Source of the DNA: Bugula neritina | Lineage: Eukaryota > Animalia > Bryozoa | Length of the DNA stretch: 64,000 bases | Assembly (NCBI GenBank): GCA_964035545.1 | Contig: OZ037772.1 | Coordinates: 10,042,818 to 10,106,817 of the forward strand | Reading direction: 5' to 3' | Shown here: in pieces, positions 23,765 to 35,342 of the stretch | How positions within the stretch are numbered: the first letter of the stretch is position 1 | Layout: every line of letters starts with the position of its first letter | Translations under genes and position numbers: made by a program | The notes under the pieces: model-generated | Database searches by the model: none | What the model saw: the letters and a program-made list of their open reading frames with translations, nothing else | What the model was told of the DNA's origin: nothing

Positions 23765-25125
23765 TTTGCAGCAGATCGACTTTTTTGACTGGAGCTACAA
23801 ATAACAGATTGATTCAAAACGAGATAGTTTATAAACTGCTAGTTCAAGAGATAATTTTTTTTTGGTTACTAATTCTTGCAGTAGTTAACAACAATGTTCA
23901 GTCAATGTTATACTTATTATGATAATGAATACAATAATGGCTTTTAAATTCATTAATATAAACATATGATGTCTAATTAATAACAAACAAAAGTATGATG
24001 GCATTGAATGAGCAATGTGAATGTATACTAATAATTAATATATTATAGTTACAACTGCAGTAGTAATTACATGTTATCTTGATGAAAGTTTAATATGCTA
24101 CCTTTAAGTTTATGAACAGAAATTTTTTTAGCTTTACTTAACTATTTTACTACAATTAGTATTACTAATACTATGAACTAACAGCAGAAGTATAAGACCA
24201 GGTATATTTTTTGCTGTTAGTAACAGCAATCTTAATCAAATACTCATGTTTATTGATTATATTTTTTATTTTAATTGTATTTATTAATTTAATTTATGGT
24301 AACACTTACTAGTTACTGGCTAAGATTTAGTGTTACCATAAACTAAATTATTAAATACAATTTGTATTATAAAAATGACTTGTTATGATTATAACGATCA
24401 TCATCATTGCGATGATGATCCCTTGAAGTTTATGGAGATGATCAGTAATACATGAATTTCCCTGAAACACACTTTTTAAAAATGCTATGTTTATGGGTGG
24501 GCAGAGGGCCAGGAGAGAAACTCAAGCTGAAAGCATTAGCAAGTGCCACTGACTTCTAGTATTGAAACGTTGTAGTGTAACATTCGATGTATGTGTATGC
24601 TAATGGCAGTGCCTAGAGTTAATCTCTGTTCAGAAATAAACGAAAGAATAGACTCTGCAGAATGCGGTAAACTGCTAAAGCATTCAGTAGCCAACTGCGG
24701 CTAGTTCTACTCTATAGACTATAACATTAACTATAAGTATAACTATAAGTGGAAGTACAGCATTAAGTTTAACTACAACGCTATAACTAGAAACTTAAAG
24801 TATAATATAAAGATAAAAAAAGATTACCTCATCAATTTTAAGTTTTAGTTCAACAATAAATGTTTAACTTTAAGTTTAAGTGTTTAAGTTTTACCTTTAC
24901 AGTAAAACTTTAGTTTTACTTTTACTTTTAGTTTTACTTTTAGTTTTAGTAAAAATAGCAAATTATTTTTAGTGAAGTTAACATTACTGGCTTTCTTAAA
25001 ATAGCCTTAAATTATTATTGTTAGTTATTTTACCAATTTCGGTGTACTTTCTGAAAAATAAGGTGAACTAAATTCAAAATAATATCACTGAATTTTATCA
25101 TTATCATTACGACTATTAGTATTAT

Positions 25126-25195
25126 CAACATGGCCGCCCAACAAACATTACTACGATAATTCATGGAAATTTGGGTTTTCCCCATTGTGACGTGG
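25126..25195. promoter_or_regulatory. Putative bidirectional promoter core between divergent TRAF-C and TRAF-D
   Basis: Locally GC-richer patch with YY1-like CAACATGGCCGCC (25126), Rel/Dorsal-like GGGTTTTCCCC (25173-25183) and CRE-like TGACGT (25188). Motif matches only. Confidence 0.4.
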
Positions 25196-26503
25196 TTCAA
25201 AGCCTGTTGTCCGCATAATGCTGCGCTATGTGTACATATTATTTTGATTGAAAGAAAATAAATTCATTTGATGGGAATGCATGTACTCCGAGGTTGCGGT
25301 GACTATTTGTATTACTAATCTAGAACGCAGGCTTTTCTCAATTCCTCCATTACTGCGCCTACCTCCTTAGAGCTTTATTAGTTATTACTATTACTAGCAT
25401 TACCAGTACCAGTGTACTATTACATTTACTGTATTACTATTAGTATTAGTAAGCCAATTAAAAGGAATGTAATAGTAATACTAATTCAGTAATTCAAATT
25501 GTGACTGTCGATTGTACTAGAACTATATAGCGATTTATCTTTAAATTGGAATACCCAATTCAATTGCATTGTGATTGTGATTCATGATTGGCAATTGAAT
25601 TGACATTCACATTGTGTAATTATTCATAACTCTAACAGTAACTGATAGTGATATAGTGATAGTGATAACATAATAATAAACTTTTAATTTTAGTTTTATA
25701 CTTGTAGTTGTAGTTATACAGTTAGTGAGTTACTGTTAGTGTTACACTTACTGACTTAGAGTTAGTCTTACTGTTGGTGCGTTACACTTACAGTGAAGTT
25801 ACACTAGTGTTTCAACTCGCATCTAATTTTACAATTAGTGATATTCTAAGACTAATTGTTGGTATAAGTATAAGTGTTAATAATAATTTTATATGGAATT
25901 GAATGGATATACTTATATTTATAGTTATAGTTATACACTTACTCTTAGTCTTACAGTTATAGTATTTTTATTCATATTGTTATTGATATTGACAGTCACA
26001 CTAATGAGTGATGACTGAAATATTAATAACTATTATAGCTATCATCAATATCACCTAATTGTTGAAATATTATGACATGTTATTATTCAGTATTAACTGT
26101 CAGTTTATACTTCATTACAGTTTATGGCGTATCAGTGCGAGTGTAATTTTTTTGTTAACTATTATTAAATATTTCATTATTTGAATAACTACCCCTCAAA
26201 AGTTCAACGTACTTATAATGTTATTTATCGCTATTAGTCTTCATTACTGAGTAATTTATTCCTAATACAAATAGGTATGATATTAGTATTAAGAATAAAT
26301 TACTTAGTAATGACTGATAGTAATAAATATAACTAGCATACTATTAGTGTGAGTTGTATTACTACTATATTAGTATTTACCATTTGCTAATTATTATATT
26401 TCAATACTGCTGATGCAATAGTTACTATTTGCCTTTTGTAATAAATCCTTTTGTTTGTTTCTAGTTTTAACAGTTTTAGTTTATTTATTTTAGCCTACTT
26501 GTT

Positions 26504-29500
26504 ATGACATCGGGGAATGCGAGACGTGGCATCATCGAGCCCTGGCACGGTTCTGGCTGGCCAGTAGACTTGTTTGAGGATAAGGTGAGTTAGCAGTAGT
26601 CAATCTGATACTAATACTCCATGGTTGCCATAGTGATTTGTCATTCGAGTGACTAAATATTTGTATGAATATTATTCTAGGCTTTTCTTGAAGAAAAAGG
26701 AGTCTATTTTTGTTCTCGGTCCGAGTGTGGGATTAATAATCGCAGGATCGTAAGAGAGCCATGGCAGCTGAATTGTGGGCACAGAGTGTGTAAAGAATGT
26801 CATGATATACTCAGAGCTCTGTAAGTTTTCAACTGCTAACTCATTGAATAAACTCACACAATATGTAGTCACCATCTCTGATAGAAAGGTTTTTTGTTAA
26901 ATTGGACTAAGGAATTATTCAGATGTGGCATCGGAGAAATTACCAATGGCCTTTGTCGGGGTTCGAACCCATGACTTTGCGCTTACCAGGCAAACGCTAT
27001 AGCCCCAAGACCACGGCTGCTCCATTGTGATTTCATTAAATCCTTTAGTTTATTGTTACTTTGACTTGTTCTTTAGGTATTGTAGGGCACTCACATCAAC
27101 GTCTTATCTGTGTGTGTTCTAGATTTATTAATTCATATAAGTTTGAATATAAATAAGCATTATGGATTGATGTTGAAATTTGCTGACAATGTGTTTAGAC
27201 CAGAAGACCTGCAGCGATGCGAGGCCTGCAGGAAAGAACTCTTTGATGAAGGAAATTACAACTCAGATAAAAGGTTAAGGTTAGCATCCGGTCATGATTT
27301 TCTCAATAAAGATGGGATGTCCTATGACGCTGTCCCACCTTCTACTTCTCAACAGCCCAGTCTAGCAGATGAGATTCCAACTGAATTACCCTACAAAATA
27401 GGTACAATAGATTTCCTGGTAATTTAGATAGTATTTATATAACAGTTATTGTTTTGCTAGCTTTGATTTATTTTAAAATCATTTAAATTTGTTTCCAATC
27501 ACAGTTGGTTTGGAGTAACTATGTCAGGTTTTACACATTAAGTCTTAGCTCGTGTTCCATCCATTAAGTACACGAGGTTTTGCTGTCATAGATTTCTCAA
27601 TCGCCATGAAAGACAATGCCGCACACAGAGAAATTAGCAGGCTCTTGGTAATCTGTCCGAACGGGTGTGACACGCCAGCAAAGTTGACTCTTAGAACTCT
27701 GGAGGTATGTTTATTATATTCACTAATAGATTATAGGGTTCTTGCAATGCTAATTTATTCTCTTACGCAGTATCATATACTTTATATGATAACTCTCTAT
27801 ATATTATAGTGATATTGTTGCTTTTAAACTCAACAGTATCGTGCATTTGATAGGGAGTAACCGTGGTCTAGGGGTTAGAGCGTTTGCTTTGTGAACACGA
27901 AGTCATGGGCTCAAACCCCGGCAAAGGCTATTGGTGATGTTAGGAAGATTATCCAGTCATAACTGCTCCTGTGCCTCATTTGAACAAGTCCTGTTCTAAT
28001 AAAAACCCTTTCCAACAGGGATAGCGACTATAAACTTGCATGAGTGAGTATCGTGCATTAGATGAAGATTTTTTTATATATTATACTCCTTTCTGTTTAC
28101 AATCTCCATTTCTGTGAAAACTCCAGAGTTTCTTTAAAGAATCGCCAATGGTCCTACTATGCCAGCACTCTAATTATAAACTATAAATCTTTACACATTT
28201 TTAATAAAACTTTCAAGATGACGACAAATATGTCTCCCTTGAAAGCTTGCCTACTATAGAAAGCAACTTCCTCATTCATCACTGTGACTAGTTTAGTAAC
28301 ACACTACACAATCAAAACAATCTGCTGGCCCGAGATGGAATTTTGAGTCAAACGAATAGATACAGAGCAGTTTTAATCATATTTTCTGGAAGCTTCCAGT
28401 GTTTTAAACCTCTACTACCATTTGTTTCGCTGCAAAGCTTGAGTTTACAGACTTTGACCAAACTAAAGTTCGGTGTGTTGCGAGAAGATATTCAAAAACC
28501 ATTGTTTGACTTAGCGTGCTGCGTTTCTAACAAATGTCCTTCTCAATTATAGAGTAAGTTTTCTGTTGCTCATATCTGTATGCCAGACATTCTCAGTAGA
28601 ATAATTAATTGTTCACCTGATGGAGAATTGATGTTCAGACTAATACATCAGTAGTCTAATTGATTACAAGGTTTCTCTACCATTACAGTATATACATTAC
28701 CTATTATTATGTCATTGGGATTGGAATGGCAACGTTTTGGTTGTTTGGCATGTGGTTATTCATATTCATGTGAAAGAATCATGCAGTAAACAAGTTTTTT
28801 GCTAGGCTTTTATTGAAGCGGGCAGCATTTTCTAGTAATTAGTTGCGAAGTTGGTGGAAATAAAAGTTTACTCATTGGAAAAACCCAAAAATTACGCAAT
28901 AAATTTTTTTTTGTAATATGGAGTTGGCAATAATCAATGACAAGTGAAGTGCTGTTGGCACAGATAAAAGCCACTTGTATGGCTGAATAAACATCTATGT
29001 ATAGTGGAAATGTTATGTTAGTGTTTAATGGTTGTTAGGTAGGATGCAGTCTATACTATGCACATTTGTACTGTTTCTAATTGCACTAACAAATATGCAA
29101 TAATATTCTATTCTATATCCGCTTAGTAGCTTTGTCCTGTTCAGTAGCAGGACTCACAAATATACAATAATGTTCTCAAAATGGCGGACACCAAACTAAT
29201 TTTCTTTCTATTATGATGTCATATCCTGACTTGTATGAACTGATGATTTGTAGAGACACATGGAAATGTGTCCAGAAAGACGGGTTCCCTGTGAGAAATG
29301 TGCTGAGGTTATCAAACATTCAGAGAGAGCTGAACACACCACCAAGTTCTGTCCCTTCAGGATTGTGGAATGTCCCAACAAGTGCGGTGTGGCTGGCTTG
29401 AGGGCCAAAGAACTAGCAGTAAGTCAACACTTGATGACAGCTTCCAAAAATTCACATTCTCTTCCTAGAGTTACCGGTTCTGTGTATTAATCAGACCGAG

Positions 29501-29842
29501 TGCCACTGAAATAGAGTATTCTGGTGGTGAGAGCATATAACACACATATACAAATAATAGCAGTACACACGGTAATATATGATACGCAGCTAACAGCGTG
29601 TGAGAGAGATTCCACACGGATAAGATGATGACACACTCGTATCGAGTAAATCAATACCTCGTCAGATGATCAGTGTGGCTTTCCATCTCGGAGACGACCT
29701 TTGGGCCACAGCATCAGTATTTTTGAAAATCGCTTTATTCCAAACTCTCATTTTTCATTGCACAATGAACTTCCTATAACTACTGCAGGCTGCGTTTTTG
29801 TAGCATATGTTTCAATAAAGCATCAGAAAAGGGTTTCTCCTT

Positions 29843-29911
<69 letters not shown>

Positions 29912-32900
29912 ATGATAATTTTTCTTATGCTTTGGGGGGAAGGCCATATTTGGTCCTGGAGCCGCCTGTTACACAGCCCTGTGTTAGAGTGTAACCATTC
30001 TTGTTATTTTACAGCAACACTTGAATGAGTGTGAAAATAAACCACCAGTGTGTAACATCTGTGGAAACTCTTTTGGTGTTGACGAAGACGCAGCCTCCCA
30101 TCTGATGAAATGTGTTGCTTATTGTCCCCTCAACTGTGGAGAGGTAAAATACTATTATATTACACTGTATATATCATATTATATTACACTGTATATATCA
30201 TATTATATTACACTGTATATATCATATTATATTACACTGTATATATCATATTATATTACACTATATATTACTCTGTAGAACAAGAAAGTTCAGGTGGTGA
30301 AACACTTGAATGAAGGAAAGCGTATGGACCAACACCTGAGGTTCATCAAGGCTGAGTTACGCTCCGCAACAGCGCAGAGTAGTAGCGGCCCTGCAACTGT
30401 CATCTCCCAGTCCCAACTCTCCGATCTCCAAAAAAGACTTTTGACACTGGAGAACCAATCAGACCGAGCTGATAGAATGCTGGTGAGTAGTGATTTACAT
30501 TAAAGCTCTGAATACATGAGTCATTAGAAAGTATTAGTAATGGCTGCCATACCATAACTCTGTTCTCTGATACTCGTGGACTCGCGCAAGTTTATAGTCA
30601 CTATCCCTGTGAGAACCCCTGATAAAAAGGGTTTTTTGTTGAAGCAGCTAAGGACTTATTCAGATAAGGCACAGGAACAATTATGACTGGATGATTTTCC
30701 TAACACCACCAATTGCTTTTATTGATATTTGAACCCATAACTTTGTGTTTAGTAGGCACACGCTTTAACCTCTAGACCACGGCTGCTCCCTCATAGTTCT
30801 GATTACTCTTACATAATTATAGTGAGTTCTGTATGTCTGTATAATTTCTCAAACAGAAGGACAAGGTGCATCACATGACCCCTGAAATGGCCAAGGGACT
30901 TCTGGAGAATGTACAGCTGGCCCAGAGAAACCGTCAGGATCTCAATGACTTGAATTCTCTGTTTAAAACCGTAGCTCAGGATGTGCACAAGTAAGTGACT
31001 ATGTGCGGGTGTCTCTATCAGACCTCCCTACTGCTTTAGTCTTCCTATATAGGTCCTCTGTCTAACTGGACTTGATTGACTACAACTCTATTTGAATCAA
31101 TTTCTGTTTGTTAGGAAAGGAAGCAAATTATACGTCGTCTAGCCTCAGTTTTTCAATAGTTTACTAACCTAGCTACTGTCAGTTCTGTTTGAACTAGCCA
31201 ATTTCTCTCTCACAGGCTAACATCGTATGAAGCTGCATTTCGTGCTCTGACGGAGAAGATATCGAAGACTGAGAATGAAACAACAGAACGACTCAACCGT
31301 CTGGAAACTCTTTCAAACATCAGAGTAGCAGAGATAGAAGACCAGAAAACTCTCCTGAGTCAGCTGCAGATGGTATGATTCTCTTTTTTTCGTGTTTTGT
31401 TAACCAGAAATCTCTCACTGGGTCTCTGCTACAGATCTGTTCACTCTACAAGGATCTTTCAACTCAGCTAGGTTTTGTGATGAACAAATATTTACTTCTG
31501 GGAAAAGATCCACACTTATGTTGGTGTTTTAGTGAACGCAATACACTTGTATGTTTTGGCCTGAATATTCCCTTTTGGGCAAAGTGATTTAATTTTCAAA
31601 AGCAAAATATTCAAATATTTTCCTTTCTGTCGACTGCCTAACTGTTTTCGTCTCACACACATATGCATTTCAATTGGCTCCATAAAGGTCAGCCTGATTT
31701 CTTACATTCCAGACCTCGTACAACGGGCACCTCCTCTGGAAGATCACAGACGTACAGAAACACAGAGACGAGGCTGCAACTAGACACAGCATATACAGTC
31801 ACCCTTTCTACACCGAGACCTACGGATACAAGATGTGTGCCAGGGTGTATTTCAATGGTGTGTACTCTAGAGATCCTTGTAGAGGCTGAAACCTTGTCCT
31901 CACTCTAAACTAGACTTTATAGTACTTGTGTGTCTTATTTCTTCTGCTTAAATATTTTAACTGGTTTTTAATGTTTGTTGACTAAGATGCATGTCTTCGT
32001 CTTTCTCGTGTTGCAATATCTAGATTTAGATTGTAAAGATAAGTAAAAAATGCAGTAGTATGGAGAAATTAGATTGTATAGCCATCATTTATCAATACCC
32101 GTGAGCTAAACTGCTCAATTTCGATAGGAATCAATTTTTCATGTAACAAGAAGCAAGACATTTATTTGTTTAGATTGCAAGTTTTGTGCCTTAGGCATTT
32201 CATTCATCTCTACTGATGATTCTAGAATATTCCACCTTACTATGACTTTAGTTGTCTTAGTGGTAGGTGATGTATTACTAATATCTGTGTACTGCTTTCA
32301 GGTGATGGGAATGGAAAGAACACCCACATTTCGCTCTTTTTTGTTGTGATGAAAGGAGAATATGATGCTTTACTGACATGGCCTTTCCAGCAAAAGGTAA
32401 ATACGTTGTGTCTGTTACTCAACTTTTTCGTCTGGGTGTACATCTAATTTCTTACGATTTTGCTTCACCAGCTGATAGAGTTCGTCTAGAATGCTCTGCT
32501 CCCAAAATAGACTCACCACTCAGCTGCTGTAGAGTGTAGAGTATATGTCATCCCACCTTAAATCAACTGTCTTATAAGTCAAGTCCTAGTTGTACCAGAC
32601 GTATAGAAAAGTAAGTTGATTTTCATTGTGGGCCGAGACATATTAGTATTTCTAATTTGGTTGTTCAGCCTATTGGCACATGATAGGAGGTGATTGACAC
32701 TTGATATGGGGTGATTGACACTTGACATGAGGTGATTGACACATACTAGGAGGTGATTGACACTTGACATAGGGTGATTGACACTTGACATGAGGTGATT
32801 GACACATACTAGGAGGTGATTGACACTTGACATGGGGTGATTGACACTTGACATGGGGTGATTGACACATGATAGAAGGTGATTGTCATGTGATAGGGGG

Positions 32901-33712
32901 TGATTGACACATACTAAGGGGTAATTGTCATGTGATATGTGATTGGCACATGTTGATAGAAAAATCATTTAAACTTATCTGAGTGTCCATTTACTTCCTC
33001 TCCGCAGGTTACCATGAAGCTGAGAAATGTCACCAAGAACCGACCAGATATAGTGGAGAAGTTCAGACCAGAGCCGAGTTCTTCTTCTTTCCAGAGACCC
33101 AAGAATGAGATGAACATAGCGTCTGGTTGTCCCCAGTTTGCTGAACAAGCTCACGTCTTCAACCCAGACAATGGTGAGCTCACACTCAATTGTTATCTAT
33201 ATTTTACGCTGCTAAATCGATCATTTAAGAGCAGTAGTGGAGAAATTGAGATAGCCTCAGTTTCTTTGAATTTTGGTTTGGTGCGCGCGTTGAAATTTTT
33301 CGAGAACATAACTTCTTTTGCTACATTTCTAATCTAGAGCTCAGGTTTTTTTCCATTGCTGTACCTGTCTCAACCCTATTGTCTCACTATTCTATGATTC
33401 GTTTTCTGCCAGTTTGAAATTATATTTAACTCTGTGTTTGCACTTCCATTTTATGTAAAGAATCTTATTAATTCCTTGCCTGTGAAGTATTTTAAGACAG
33501 TATTTATTGTCACAACTCTGAAGACGTACTAATGCTCTATTTATCTCTTCTTGGGTGCGGTGAGTTGCATCATGCTGTTTCTTGTAGGTTTTGTTGTTGA
33601 CGACACGATGTACATAGAGATCATGGTGGACAACTCCTACGAAGCTCTTCACGGTTTGAATATATCCGTTCAGGAAATGACTCGTGGGTATTCCAATAAT
33701 GGCGCAAAGTAA
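26504..33712 (+). CDS. TRAF: TRAF2/3-like paralogue D, full length; 618 aa
   Basis: 13 exons: 26504-26584, 26681-26820, 27199-27401, 27592-27704, 29254-29418, 30015-30143, 30279-30482, 30857-30990, 31216-31372, 31713-31857, 32302-32396, 33008-33173, 33588-33712; 1857 nt in frame. Canonical TRAF2/3 MATH motifs [49 protein letters not shown]. Confidence 0.95.
26866..27023 (-). mobile_element. SINE copy with internal deletion
   Basis: accaatggcctttgtcggggttcgaacccatgac .. ccacggctgctcc. Confidence 0.8.
27851..28050 (+). mobile_element. tRNA-derived SINE, near full-length reference copy (about 200-230 bp)
   Basis: A-box TGGTCTAGGGG and B-box-like GGCTCAAACCC. Core GGCYATTGGTGATGTTAGGAAGA..ATCCAGTCATAA; 3' end GACTATAAACTTGC followed by a (GAGT)n tail. 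About 13 copies in the window. Confidence 0.85.
29847..29906. repeat. (AT)n microsatellite
   Basis: About 30 units. Confidence 0.95.
30150..30272. repeat. 24-bp minisatellite x5 (tattatattacactgtatatatca) filling TRAF-D intron 6
   Basis: Occupies nearly all of the 135-nt intron. Confidence 0.9.
30580..30791 (-). mobile_element. SINE copy
   Basis: gcaagtttatagtcactatccctgtgag .. ctagaccacggctgctccct. Confidence 0.85.
32675..32958. repeat. 21-bp minisatellite (ggtgattgacacttgacatgg), about 13 copies
   Basis: Read directly; TRAF-D intron 11. Confidence 0.9.
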
Positions 33713-35342
33713 AAGTGAAAATAACTCCATCTTGAGCAAGCCCGGTGGTTGAGCTACTTGTGAAAGCACTCCGGATAAAACATGAAAAAGTTGAAATTCA
33801 ACTCATGACTTCATACAACTATATATATTTACTATGTTATACAAATATATATATTTACTATGTTAGGTGTTGAGTGCATTACTGTTACTTTATTAAGCAT
33901 TGCCAATACAGTCAAATAATGATAAAAAGTTCAGTTTAATATCACTTGCGATTGATAACCTATTCGAGGATTTTTTGTTTCTTTAACCAAATCAAACAGT
34001 AAAGTTGTATGAATATGATTAATTTATTAATTTTTATTAATTACTTGACCCTAATAATAAACATATAGTTGAATCTAGACAAACACTCTGTGCAACTAAA
34101 GACTACCTTCATAACTATACTAGCTCCAACAGATGACCTGCAATTGGTTGCTTGTGTTGAAAGTAATTTTACTAGAATCAGCATAAAACTTACATTTTGC
34201 AGCAAATTAAAACATTGATTATTTTCTGCTTTTTATGTTCTTTGGCAGAAAAAGCTTAACTGATTATTTATCAGCTACCAGAAACGGATTTAAAATATAT
34301 AATCATCATAATTTCACTGATGTATGAACATTTTGTGATGCATGAAATAAATGCTTAATGGCATTTATTTTCATTCAGTTTACGATGTTTCATTTTTAGT
34401 ATTTATGTAAATTTAACTACTTTTGTGTAGTATAATAGTAAACCCAAAAATATTGAAAGTTTCAAATTCAACAAAAGCTATTATCTAACATTTTATTATT
34501 TTATTAGCCATAAATCAGTGAAGATGCACTACAGTGTTTAACTTGCATATTTTTCTTCATATTCTTATTTTATTTATTTTTATATTACAAATTTTCACAA
34601 TAAAACACAAATTTTTTGATTAGTTTGTAGTTATTTTTATCGTATCATGATTCCATATATTTTATTCTAAAATACTGGATTTTATTTCAGTGCTATGTGT
34701 GCTTTTGTGCGCTTTCATACTGTGTATGCTCTATATTGTATGAGATGTCAAATTGGTTTATCTGTTGAACTTTACGTGTTTGAAATGACGTAATTATTAC
34801 TGATGGAATATGACACGTGTTGAATCAACAGAAATAGCTCGCTGTCTTTCCATGATGTCTGCCAATTACTGGTGTATGGAAAGACAGCGAATATAGCCAA
34901 TTTTTCATTCAAAATTCTTCCAAAATTTAAAAAAAATCAACTGATAAAATGGTTTTAAAACATTCAATTAATGCATATTTTTATTATTTGACAATAAAAT
35001 TATATAATTCTGTAAATAAAAATCTACTTTGTCCCCAACTGTTAGCAAAATTGAATAATGTAAGCTAGCCTAACATTATTTCATAAATATAAACAACAGT
35101 CTAAATAATTAATATAAATTTTAATCTATGATAAATTATAGAAAATACATAGAACAGTAAGAAACAACATACTAATGAAGAAACCAAGAGATGGTTGCAT
35201 AACTAAAACTGACAAAACTCTTGTCATAAATAAAAAATAAATTAACATTAGACACAATTAATAAAGTCACCGCTCAACAAATGCGTATCTGTCGCCGTAA
35301 TGCTCCTTTAAAATCTTGTTGGTATTTCTGGCTGAGCTTTCA

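Noticed and set aside
32579-32968. Repetitive ORFs (VNHPMSS / CQSPHVK) and a CRISPR-like appearance
   Set aside because: A 21-bp intronic minisatellite with no unique spacers and no cas genes, in a eukaryotic context. The same applies to 56735-57115 and 59192-59372.
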